32,000 nt of DNA from Bacillus subtilis subsp. subtilis str. 168. GTDB lineage: Bacteria; Bacillota; Bacilli; Bacillales; Bacillaceae. Location: positions 2,190,001 through 2,222,000 of the forward strand of contig NC_000964.3 in assembly GCF_000009045.1 (NCBI RefSeq), read 5' to 3'. This document shows positions 18,578-27,132 of this stretch, piece after piece (within the stretch, counting starts at the first letter, position 1; each line of letters starts with the position of its first letter). A program made the translations under genes and the position numbers. The notes beneath the pieces were generated by a model that was not told where the DNA came from, ran no database searches, and was given only the letters and a program-made list of their open reading frames with translations.

Positions 18578-18593
18578 TTGTAATGCATTACAA
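18578..18593. repeat. 16-bp perfect palindrome TTGTAATGCATTACAA overlapping the expected -35 region of yopM
   Basis: Read directly; 11-nt partial copy TTGTAATGCAT at 18662-18672. Confidence 0.9.
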
Positions 18594-18594
18594 A

Positions 18595-18704
18595 AGGGAA
18601 GTAAAGATTTTTTTAACGACAAATAGCACATTCTACGCAATTTTTTTGCGAATGTGCTGCTTTGTAATGCATTTCATTTAATTAGGGTGTATGTATTTGA
18701 AGTT
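18595..18704 (-). ncRNA. aimX: aimX locus (arbitrium output RNA); boundaries approximate
   Basis: Lies immediately downstream of the AimR operator and upstream of yopM; contains hairpin AGCACATTC...GAATGTGCT (18625-18658). Confidence 0.65.
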
Positions 18705-18705
18705 G

Positions 18706-18742
18706 ATCACTAGATGTTATTAAAACCTAATATTTAAGTGAT
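18706..18742. promoter_or_regulatory. AimR operator
   Basis: ATCACT-N25-AGTGAT inverted repeat, spacer counted as exactly 25 nt. Confidence 0.93.
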
Positions 18743-18756
18743 GGCCTTAAAACTAC

Positions 18757-18789
18757 AAAAGACGCTTAGCTCAAAAGAGCCAAACGTCT
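18757..18789 (-). terminator. aimP terminator
   Basis: Minus strand GACGTTTGGCTC-TTTT-GAGCTAAGCGTC-TTTT. Confidence 0.88.
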
Positions 18790-18854
18790 TCCTTTTCTCT
18801 GTTTAATTTAATTAAATAAATAATAATACTAATAACTTTATGTGTCAATGGATT

Positions 18855-18980
18855 TTATGCTCCACGTGGCATTCCAGCAACCTCATAATCACCTGAAGCT
18901 TGTTGGATTGAAGAATCTGCACTTATGTAAGAAGTGCCTAGTGCGCCCAAGATAACTAAAGCCATAATAAGTTTTTTCAT
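18855..18980 (-). CDS. aimP: AimP arbitrium propeptide; mature signal GMPRGA
   Basis: Hand-translated MKKLIMALVILGALGTSYISADSSIQQASGDYEVAGMPRGA*, signal peptide, SD AAAGGAGGTG, start 13 nt after the aimR stop; not in ORF track. Confidence 0.97.
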   Translation of the reverse strand: MKKLIMALVILGALGTSYISADSSIQQASGDYEVAGMPRGA

Positions 18981-18993
18981 TGTCTCACCTCCT

Positions 18994-20154
18994 TTAAAGT
19001 AAAAGTAATTCTAAAAGTTTTTGATTTTCACCCATCTTTTGCAGTTCTAACAGTGGCAGCCTAATAAGGAATTTGTCATTAGACTTTTTAAAATACTCGA
19101 TTGAAGAATAGAAACATGCTTTATTTTGTTCGAGTCTTCCTTTCAAATAATAATGCATTGCAAGCTCATTATCGTTGTGAACTAAAAGATCTAGTTTATC
19201 CAAAACTTCTTTTGCTTTGGAATTTTCATTAAAGTTGATAAAACAATGAGCTTGCTCCTGCAAATCCATAATTGAATCAGATTCAAAATTAATCCACTTA
19301 TTTTCTTTGCGCCATACATTATTTAAGAAGCACAAAGCCTGCTGGAAAATCATGTTGTAATTTTCATTTTGAACAGAAATGCTTAGCCCTTTTAAAAAGT
19401 TTTCTTGAGCCAATTCATAATTCGAAAATAATAGAGAGTTGCCAATAGTTAAGTAGCTGAAAACCTGAAATCTCAGGATATTTGTACTTTCCAATGCCTT
19501 TTTAGAGTACTCTCTGCACTCCTCTAATGAATTTTCATTTAACTTTATATTAGACATTAGAACATGAACTCTTGTTTGATATGTATTTCTAATGTACATG
19601 TTCTCAGAAATCTCACTTAGGTCAATTTGTTTTATAAGTTGGGCCATCGGAGAAAAGTTACCAGTGCTTAAATAATGATAAAGCAGCAAGAGTCTTGAGA
19701 AAGAATTCATTTCAGGTGTTTTTATATTTAATTTGCCGAGTCTTTTCACTGCCTCAAATTCAGTAATAACACTGTTAGACAGTTCTCTATGTATTTTATA
19801 CACTTTTCCATATTCTTTACTTTTCATATTGCTGCAAGAAATCATTGAATCTATTAAAACATCTTCTATTTCAAAAAACATATTTGCATCAGCATACTCC
19901 AATGCACTTCTTGCTGCCTTTGTCTTAACATCTAGGTTTAAACAGTAATCTTTCATTAATTCATATTCACGGTCTGGATACTGACTCTTAACAATGTTGA
20001 CTATTGAAGAAAATTCATTAAATGTTTTCCCATCATGGTTTAAGAAGTCATAAAGAGGATTGGGGTTTTTAAGGCCAGCTACTGTTGCCCATTTATTCAT
20101 TAAAGAGTTGTCATTTTCCAAGTCTTTCTTCATAGCTATCCTTATTAACTCCAT
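18994..20154 (-). CDS. aimR: AimR arbitrium receptor/transcriptional regulator (HTH plus TPR-like)
   Basis: 386 aa, MELIRIAMKKDLENDNSLMNKWATVAGLKNPNPLYDFLNHDG... matches remembered SPbeta YopK/AimR nearly residue for residue. Confidence 0.97.
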   Translation of the reverse strand: MELIRIAMKKDLENDNSLMNKWATVAGLKNPNPLYDFLNHDGKTFNEFSSIVNIVKSQYPDREYELMKDYCLNLDVKTKAARSALEYADANMFFEIEDVLIDSMISCSNMKSKEYGKVYKIHRELSNSVITEFEAVKRLGKLNIKTPEMNSFSRLLLLYHYLSTGNFSPMAQLIKQIDLSEISENMYIRNTYQTRVHVLMSNIKLNENSLEECREYSKKALESTNILRFQVFSYLTIGNSLLFSNYELAQENFLKGLSISVQNENYNMIFQQALCFLNNVWRKENKWINFESDSIMDLQEQAHCFINFNENSKAKEVLDKLDLLVHNDNELAMHYYLKGRLEQNKACFYSSIEYFKKSNDKFLIRLPLLELQKMGENQKLLELLLL

Positions 20155-20197
20155 TATTTCCCCTCATTTCTTTTTGTTGTCTTTATTGGTTAACTTA

Positions 20198-20226
20198 ATA
20201 ATACTATAGATCACATTACGAGTCAA
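20198..20226 (-). promoter_or_regulatory. aimR SigA-type promoter
   Basis: TTGACT-17 nt-TATTAT on minus strand. Confidence 0.75.
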
Positions 20227-20234
20227 TTATTTTA

Positions 20235-20253
20235 TACATATTTTTTGTATTTG
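20235..20253. promoter_or_regulatory. Repeated operator-like element, copy C
   Basis: TACATATTTTTTGTATTTG, just upstream of the aimR -35. Confidence 0.8.
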
Positions 20254-20283
20254 TAATCTCTTTAAAATTCCAATTTTAACTAG

Positions 20284-20311
20284 ACACAATGAGGACTAAA
20301 CCTCATTGTGT
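20284..20311 (-). terminator. Hairpin between yopJ and aimR (11-bp perfect stem)
   Basis: ACACAATGAGG-ACTAAA-CCTCATTGTGT; weak U-tract. Confidence 0.65.
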
Positions 20312-20330
20312 TCTTCTAAAGCAAAAGGTC

Positions 20331-20747
20331 CTACTTAAGGCTATAATACACCTCTTCCGCAATATCCTTTGCAAACCTAGCGAAAATTTCTCTATCAAAA
20401 CTTCTTAAGCATTTAGCTAAGGACAGGATATTCTGCACATGGTCAAGTGTATTAGTCAAATCTAATGCCGTTACCAAAGAAAGCAACATGTCTTTGTAGT
20501 TCATATCTCCGGCAACGCCTTTATAAACCACATGTTGCCGTTCATCGAAAACTGGGGCATTCTCAGATAGGTGTATATCAAATTTCGCAGCGATATCCTC
20601 CCGCTCTATAGATATCAACTCTTTAATTAACTCTACTAATTGCTGTTCACTCAAATTAGAATAACTTGCTCTCAATAAATTAAAGGAATCAACACCTATT
20701 TCACCATGGAGGTCTTCCCATCTAAAATATAAAAATGTGTTTTTCAT
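20331..20747 (-). CDS. yopJ: YopJ-like protein
   Basis: 138 aa in SPbeta position upstream of aimR. Confidence 0.65.
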   Translation of the reverse strand: MKNTFLYFRWEDLHGEIGVDSFNLLRASYSNLSEQQLVELIKELISIEREDIAAKFDIHLSENAPVFDERQHVVYKGVAGDMNYKDMLLSLVTALDLTNTLDHVQNILSLAKCLRSFDREIFARFAKDIAEEVYYSLK

Positions 20748-20748
20748 T

Positions 20749-21282
20749 TTAAAACTCCCCTAAGAATACTTTGTACATTTTCCCGTTATGATCTTTTGCC
20801 TCAAGATAAACCCTATTGCATTTTTTCACTTGTTTAGTTTCCTTTTCGTTTAAAAATTTTATTATATTAATAGCGATGATTTGCTTAGAAGGCAAATTAA
20901 TATTAAATAACTTATCCCTGTAATAGCCAAACTCAGCAAACTCTTCAGTTGTTGCTTTATCATCAGGGGTAACAGAAACAATTAAATTTGTGTTTTTGTA
21001 AAAGCAAAATTTAATTTCCCGTAGAACCTTGGGGATCTCAGCGCCATTGTATATTTCAATCTGGGAGTGTATTTCTATTTGCTTTGCTTCATCTTTAGAT
21101 GGCATAACATTAGTTCCCCAACCATCATTATCGGTTTTAAAATATATTTCAAAGTCAACTATATAAAATTTAATTTGCCCAAAGTGCTTTAATATGTGAG
21201 TAAGAATTAAAGTGACTATAACTCCCAATAAAGCCCCAATGATACCTTCAAAATTAGAAATTATTTCTCCTATATTATTCAA
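20749..21282 (-). CDS. yopI: YopI-like protein with N-terminal TM segment
   Basis: FEGIIGALLGVIVTLILTHILKHFG; 1 nt from yopJ. Confidence 0.65.
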   Translation of the reverse strand: MNNIGEIISNFEGIIGALLGVIVTLILTHILKHFGQIKFYIVDFEIYFKTDNDGWGTNVMPSKDEAKQIEIHSQIEIYNGAEIPKVLREIKFCFYKNTNLIVSVTPDDKATTEEFAEFGYYRDKLFNINLPSKQIIAINIIKFLNEKETKQVKKCNRVYLEAKDHNGKMYKVFLGEF

Positions 21283-21308
21283 ATTTGAATATTTCCTTTC
21301 TGTATGTC

Positions 21309-21899
21309 TTATAAGATGTGATCTATTGACTCATGTAATAAATGCTTGTTTTTTGTTAAATATCCCCTCGCCCAAGGCTGTATGTTGTATGCAAAATAAG
21401 AACCACGATTACTAATATTAGAACTTCTATAAATAATCTTTAAATGTTCTAATTCCTGAGCTGTCCCATCAGTTATACTTAATTCCACAGACCGAACATC
21501 GTCAAAGATGTAGGGGCTTAATATTTGTTTTTCCCTCCTATTAAGATTTCGGAGTCTTTCTTTTTGCAGTTTATAACTGTATTTTTGGTCAATTTTATTT
21601 TTTATCCCCAAACTTATCCACCAAATAAAGTGAGATAAAATGAAACTGGTTGATGCTAAGAAAACAAGCCCTAGGTAAAGTTTATAGCTATTTATAGCAT
21701 CTTTTATACCAAGTGTTTTTCCTAATCCAACATTCCCTAACCAAAGCCCAATTCCAGAAAAAACTGCTAGTCCCAATAAATATTTAGGGCTCAGCTTAAT
21801 AATGTCACCTACCCATGAAGGACTTTTTTCATTTTGGTCACTCATATAATCAACCACCTCATATTTATAGAATAGTGAAGATGTTATAGCCGCTTCCAT
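21309..21899 (-). CDS. Two-TM membrane protein of unknown function
   Basis: [16 protein letters not shown] and [22 protein letters not shown]; possible start [11 protein letters not shown]. Confidence 0.65.
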
Positions 21900-22015
21900 T
21901 CAACATACTCGAACCGCTTCTGATACAAGTCTTCAAGTATAGCAGCCCATTCAATCCAACCTTCTGCAACAATGTTTTTCTTTTCTCCATTCTCAATCCA
22001 CTCTATCCAATACAC
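21884..22015 (-). CDS. Small 43-aa protein rich in Trp/Glu
   Basis: GTG start, [43 protein letters not shown]; SD AGGAGTG; overlaps next gene by 16 nt; not in ORF track. Confidence 0.6.
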
Positions 22016-22025
22016 CTGAACACTC

Positions 22026-22241
22026 CTAACGCTTTACGACTTGAATTTCCCTTACCTCACATTGCACATTACACTTCGTTTTAAGCTCACTTGCTACCTC
22101 GATGACTTCTAACATATTATGTATTTTAGAAGCTTCATGGAGGTCGCTAGATGTCAAATAACCACTCTCATCTAATTTAAATGCTTTAAAGTATTCCTTG
22201 TTTTCAAACTGCAGTACATAAAAATAATCAATCAAAGGCAT
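22026..22241 (-). CDS. Small cytosolic protein of unknown function
   Basis: 71-aa ORF, operon context. Confidence 0.6.
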   Translation of the reverse strand: MPLIDYFYVLQFENKEYFKAFKLDESGYLTSSDLHEASKIHNMLEVIEVASELKTKCNVQCEVREIQVVKR

Positions 22242-22244
22242 AAA

Positions 22245-22496
22245 TCAACCTCTTTTAAATAATTTTGTAATCCTCATTGCCAATGGCAGTAAACCAATTA
22301 ACATAAAAAAAGCAATCACATTAAGCTTATTTTTGAAAAACAGGCTGGCCAAATTCCTTTCCATGCCCGCTGCTGTTTCTTTATCCATGAGTTCTTTAAA
22401 CTCTTCATCATAGACCTGATCAACAAAAATAAACTTAATGCCAGTCAATAATCCAACTCCAAGCCAAATAATTAAAAAATAAGCTAATCCAATCAT
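22245..22496 (-). CDS. Two-TM small membrane protein
   Basis: AYFLIIWLGVGLLTGIKFIFV and KLNVIAFFMLIGLLPLAMRI. Confidence 0.65.
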   Translation of the reverse strand: MIGLAYFLIIWLGVGLLTGIKFIFVDQVYDEEFKELMDKETAAGMERNLASLFFKNKLNVIAFFMLIGLLPLAMRITKLFKRG

Positions 22497-22566
22497 TTGT
22501 TCCCTCCCTATATCGAACGAAATTTGGTATTCTTGAGTATGTTGAATAAATTATGTAGGTGATCTT

Positions 22567-22746
22567 GTGGAAGAGAAATACGAAACAAACGGATATGACA
22601 CTTCAATCGTATATGATTACAAAGAATATCCTGATGTAAAATACGGCCGCTGCGACAATTGTGATTACACTTTGTTTAAAAGCTCTGTGAAGAGTGGAAT
22701 ATTTTTACGTGAATGCAGAAGGTGTGGCATGAAAAAGAGCATTTAG
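22567..22746 (+). CDS. Small zinc-ribbon-like protein (59 aa)
   Basis: MEEKYETNGYDTSIVYDYKEYPDVKYGRCDNCDYTLFKSSVKSGIFLRECRRCGMKKSI*; two CxxC knuckles; SD AGGTGAT; not in ORF track. Confidence 0.7.
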   Translation: MEEKYETNGYDTSIVYDYKEYPDVKYGRCDNCDYTLFKSSVKSGIFLRECRRCGMKKSI

Positions 22747-22761
22747 TGTAATGCTCTTTTT
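22732..22761 (+). terminator. Terminator whose stem-loop contains the stop codon of the zinc-ribbon gene
   Basis: AAAAAGAGCATT-TAGTGT-AATGCTCTTTTT. Confidence 0.9.
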
Positions 22762-22847
22762 GTTTAAAACACTTCTTTTATCTTGATTCTTTATGCTCTC
22801 GGATTAAGACGCGTAATCGTGTTAAGGTTAGCATAAGGAGTGATACC

Positions 22848-23078
22848 TTGCTAAAAGTTGCAAAAATTTCGGTTTCTTGCATTGTATTAGTCTTGTGCAT
22901 ATACTCATTGTTCAATCAAAATGAATTATTGTTGATTGTTGTGCAATTATTTGTTGCCGCCCTTTTATCATTAGTCGGAGTTGAAGCGATATTAAGCAAA
23001 CAAAAACTGTCCGAATATTTACTGTTTGGATCAGCAGCCTTCTTACTTGTTGTAAACGGTGTGAAATTCATAATTTAA
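22848..23078 (+). CDS. Small membrane protein (76 aa)
   Basis: TTG start; three hydrophobic segments. Confidence 0.7.
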   Translation: MLKVAKISVSCIVLVLCIYSLFNQNELLLIVVQLFVAALLSLVGVEAILSKQKLSEYLLFGSAAFLLVVNGVKFII

Positions 23079-23082
23079 TATG

Positions 23083-23478
23083 TTAATTTCGTAGGAATAT
23101 CGAATCCCAAAACCAATAAATAAACGCAGCTACAATACTCATAATGTAATACTCAAAGCTTCTGAACATGGTAAGAGCATTTGGCGGATAATCAACAAAC
23201 CAGAACAAAAACACAGCTGAAAAGGCCACTGCAATATAAATTAAAAAATTGATCAAACTGAATTTTCTGCGCCTTCTTCTTAGCCACACTTGCAAAGGGG
23301 CAGCAAACACCAAGTAAGTGATTAAAGCGTAAAATGCAATGATGGCAATTGTGACTAATGCTATTGCCATAAATCCAGAGTAAACAAACAGATACAGACC
23401 AAAAATTAGACCAAATGACAAACTTGAAAACGCCAGAGTATAAACATAACTGTTTAACGCTTTTTGATTGAGGCTCAA
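23083..23478 (-). CDS. Four-TM membrane protein
   Basis: 131 aa with four hydrophobic segments; convergent and nearly abutting the preceding plus-strand gene. Confidence 0.7.
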   Translation of the reverse strand: MSLNQKALNSYVYTLAFSSLSFGLIFGLYLFVYSGFMAIALVTIAIIAFYALITYLVFAAPLQVWLRRRRRKFSLINFLIYIAVAFSAVFLFWFVDYPPNALTMFRSFEYYIMSIVAAFIYWFWDSIFLRN

Positions 23479-23535
23479 ATCAGCACCTCCGCTTGTTTCA
23501 CATTTCCCTTTAAAATCGTAGTTTTTAGATTTCAG

Positions 23536-24864
23536 TTACAGTTGGTCTTTAACAACTGATCTATATCTAATTAAAAAGGCCTCTAGTCTCCCCAACTCTG
23601 TTTTATGGTAATCATGATGAGTCCCTTCGGTTTCTGGAAATAATGGATTTTTGATAGGAAGCGATTCTGGTGAGTCCTTATGACTTTGGAACGTTTCCCA
23701 AGCTACGGGGTCAGATATTTGGAATGTCTCGCCCAATAACGAACAATGTCCACTGTCTTTTCTTTGCCTAACAGGAATAGCATAATTCTTATATAGCTTG
23801 TAATTTTCAATTGTTTGTCTGTTAATCTTAGAAGACAAATAACAGATTCCCCAGTATTCCGAAGACTCTGTCTGTTTAACCCATTCAAGCAAAAATTGAG
23901 GAATGATATATTCTGGTTTAAAAATGTCTTTTTGTTTTTTTACTCTAATTAGGCATGCAGATATTAAAATCCATGTCATAAAGTATGCATTAAATTTATA
24001 TATTTTTCTTCTAAATGTTATTTCAAAAAATTTCTTTAGATTATCTGCCAGTTCCGTAGGTGAAACACTTAAATCCAGAATTTTTATATCTTCATCCTCA
24101 AGGTGAAAAACCGAAGTGTAGGTAGTATTTAAGTCAGGCCTTCCTAGTTCTTCCCAACAAACAAGTGATGAACTTCCAAGGTAAAGACATGGAAATCCTG
24201 GTATACTAAAACGATTTGTGCGTATTATTCCTCTCTTCTCAAATGGTATATGAAACATATCATCTTTAGAAAAAACCTCTGTGTTACTGGTTCTCATTCT
24301 AAAGAATTTACAAGGAATACGAATACTATCAATGTTATATAAGAGCAGCTCTTCAATGTTAACCTCTTCAGAAAAGATATTCATTCCTTTATCAAATTCA
24401 GCATATGCTAAATGCACATAACCATCTAAGTAAAGTTCAATTGTTTTAGTAATTTGTTGCGCAAAAGATTCTATCTTTGTGATTTTTGATGAATCGAATG
24501 ATTTTCTATTTGGTAGCTTATGCAATTCTTCTATATATTCTGTATAAACATTCTCCATAAAAGCATCTAAATCATCCCCACCCGTTCTTTCTATTGGAAT
24601 ATCGCATTTATCAATAATAAAACTTAATATTGGATCTATTTCAATAGTCCATTCAATTAAAATGTCTAACCTTTCTTTATTTGAAAAGGTGCTGGTGTTA
24701 ATTTTTTCCTCCCCAATAACATCATTGGTGTTTTTGTCTATAAATTCAGGTTTTACTGTTAACTCTTTAAAAATATCAAATGCAAGCTCTTTCAAAGAAT
24801 CATTAATTTCCTCATGTTTCGATAATTCTTTTTTTAGCCTTTTAGCTTTTCTATACAAATCCAT
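23536..24864 (-). CDS. RES-domain-like protein (candidate NAD+-acting toxin), 442 aa
   Basis: FRMRTSNTEVFSKDDMFHIPFEKRGIIRTNRFSIPGFPCLYLGSSSLVCWEELG plus C-terminal NYAIPVRQ resemble RES family motifs. Confidence 0.65.
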   Translation of the reverse strand: MDLYRKAKRLKKELSKHEEINDSLKELAFDIFKELTVKPEFIDKNTNDVIGEEKINTSTFSNKERLDILIEWTIEIDPILSFIIDKCDIPIERTGGDDLDAFMENVYTEYIEELHKLPNRKSFDSSKITKIESFAQQITKTIELYLDGYVHLAYAEFDKGMNIFSEEVNIEELLLYNIDSIRIPCKFFRMRTSNTEVFSKDDMFHIPFEKRGIIRTNRFSIPGFPCLYLGSSSLVCWEELGRPDLNTTYTSVFHLEDEDIKILDLSVSPTELADNLKKFFEITFRRKIYKFNAYFMTWILISACLIRVKKQKDIFKPEYIIPQFLLEWVKQTESSEYWGICYLSSKINRQTIENYKLYKNYAIPVRQRKDSGHCSLLGETFQISDPVAWETFQSHKDSPESLPIKNPLFPETEGTHHDYHKTELGRLEAFLIRYRSVVKDQL

Positions 24865-24971
24865 TTATGTTCTCCTTATTAATTTTTCACCTTTTCCATA
24901 TAAGTACGATTTTATGTAGACCTGGAAAACTTGTAATTCCTTCCTATGCTTGTAACTTTAGTATACCATTT

Positions 24972-25199
24972 TCATCCTGAGTGATCGATATGGTTATGGC
25001 TTTTTTCGAATATCAGCAATTCCTGCAGCTCGATGTTTAGGTATGTACAGACTTTATCTAACAGATCTCTTGGATACCGCTCCATTTCGTCATTATAAAG
25101 CTTTCTGACAGTTGGATACTCATGATCAATATCTCTAGATAGCTTCCGGATACTGATCTTTCTTTCGTCTATTATGGACTTTAAATTTGATCTAATCAT
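24972..25199 (-). CDS. yopB: Xre/Cro-type HTH protein (YopB-like)
   Basis: [64 protein letters not shown]. Confidence 0.75.
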
Positions 25200-25459
25200 A
25201 ATTCCACTCTTTTCATTTGTCTTTTATTGATACCTTATAGTAATCAACTGATACATAAAAAAGACCAAGATAAGACTTGGTCAATAATGCATAAATCTAA
25301 GTTCGTTTTATCGTTCTTATTCGTGATCTAAATCGAAAACCGTTTAAACCTTTTTAACTTCTTACAACATAGATACTTAGTCAAAAGCAAATGTTTTTTG
25401 TATGGCAACTCTGAGAAATTTTTATCGCCAACTGACTGTAAATCCTTATAAAGACATTT

Positions 25460-26785
25460 TTAATTGTCTCTTGTTTTCCAAGGGACAAATTCATATACTC
25501 CTTCTATTATAGGTACCTTTAAACGGTTTACATAACTTCCTTCATATCCCAATATTCCAAGTGTTAGTAATTCAAGATACCAAACACCAAGATAAAGTAC
25601 ATGGAGCTTATCTATCGGATTGTCAAAATCAAGTTCCCTTGTAGGATGGACTATCTTATTCCTAAATACAGTAAAAAGGTGTGGGCCATCGTCATAATTA
25701 TCCTTAATGTCAATAAAGAGTTTTGGTATTGATAAGTCAATTGAAAATCTAGATAATATTTCTCTAAATTTCTCTGCTGCATTCATATACTTATATTTCG
25801 ATTTACTAATATTGGATTTTCTGTCTACAATAAGATACACCCACGCCAAAGTTTCCAATGCAACCTGAACAGATACCACCTTGTTTTCTACTATACTTGA
25901 TGAATGTGCTTGGGAGTACCAACTCAACACTTCCCATAAAACTTTATTCCAAAAAGGATCTTCTTGCTTCTCAATCACCTTTGGAAATAAATGTTCTAAG
26001 GATGGAGATTTTTGTTTTGGAAACCAAGTAATATTATTAGTCCAGCCATCTATTAATGGAACTTGGTATTTACTCCATATTACCTCCTCGTTGTGGTATC
26101 CTTCCAATGTAGGGATAGCAACATGTCTACCTGCTGAAAAGGATAATAACCAATAAAGCCCTGAAATAAGTGGTTCTACTTCTTTAGTATCAAATAATTT
26201 ATCATCCACTCTTTTTAAATATCCCACATGTGTTATTAAGTATCCACCCGAATTTTTTAATCTATCAAAGATTTTTTTGTTTGAATAGTCATATCGCTTA
26301 TCCAAAATTATTTCCCAATCTTTATATTTTAATTTTGTTCTCCCTGAAAATTTAAACCTTCCATGCACAATCCTTCTACCTAAATCATTCACGAAGTTAA
26401 CCACCGTGAATTCCATTCTATTCACTTTAGTTTCAGCTGAGGTTAAAATAGATCGTTTTAGTATCCCTGATACTTTGTTCCCTTTACTTCCGTCTGTTAT
26501 ACCTGAAATAAGAACTTCAGATTTCATAAATCCAGGTACATTAATCATCATATTATTACTTTTCATTGCCTTTTCAAATTCGAAAAGCTTGCTAAGATTG
26601 CCTGAAATGGCTCCTTCAAATATTAGTCTAGCTTTTGGTAAAAATGCAATTTTAACTTCTCCCAAGATTTCAAAAAAATCATCAGCAACTTCAATTGTAA
26701 AGTGGCCGGTATAGATTTTAATCGGTTCATTAATATCGTACTCTAAAAAGGAGGATTCAAGAGCTATATTTTCCAAATTTATCAC
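25460..26785 (-). CDS. yopA: YopA-like large protein with C-terminal HEPN-like motif
   Basis: 441 aa; C-terminal VFRNKIVHPTRE (R-x4-H); SPbeta position. Confidence 0.6.
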   Translation of the reverse strand: MINLENIALESSFLEYDINEPIKIYTGHFTIEVADDFFEILGEVKIAFLPKARLIFEGAISGNLSKLFEFEKAMKSNNMMINVPGFMKSEVLISGITDGSKGNKVSGILKRSILTSAETKVNRMEFTVVNFVNDLGRRIVHGRFKFSGRTKLKYKDWEIILDKRYDYSNKKIFDRLKNSGGYLITHVGYLKRVDDKLFDTKEVEPLISGLYWLLSFSAGRHVAIPTLEGYHNEEVIWSKYQVPLIDGWTNNITWFPKQKSPSLEHLFPKVIEKQEDPFWNKVLWEVLSWYSQAHSSSIVENKVVSVQVALETLAWVYLIVDRKSNISKSKYKYMNAAEKFREILSRFSIDLSIPKLFIDIKDNYDDGPHLFTVFRNKIVHPTRELDFDNPIDKLHVLYLGVWYLELLTLGILGYEGSYVNRLKVPIIEGVYEFVPWKTRDN

Positions 26786-27132
26786 CTAATTATTTTCTCA
26801 AATTTTAAAGTCTATTATTTAAGTTCTTCATTACTTTTGCAATTCCTTCACTAAGGAGGTCATTCCCCATAGAGTTCCAAACCTGCTTCTTTTCTTTTAA
26901 TTCTCTGTCCCTAATTCTATGCGATTATTTAATGAACCTGTCTTCTTGAAGATCAATCATGACCATCTCCAATTTTGTTCTGTACAGCTTTCACTATCCA
27001 TATTCTATTTAAAATATGCATTTTATTTTGATATATATCTGAAGCTAAACATTCTTTATTCAAGAAAAGAATCGCTGCTTTGAACTATTGTGACTCATTT
27101 AAAACGGTATAATCACTTGTTAAAGCTAATTC

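Noticed and set aside
26900-27040. Possible coding remnant on the minus strand (MMVMIDLQEDRFIK*)
   Set aside because: Only 14 codons, then stop; next frame is also short. No evidence for translation beyond chance.
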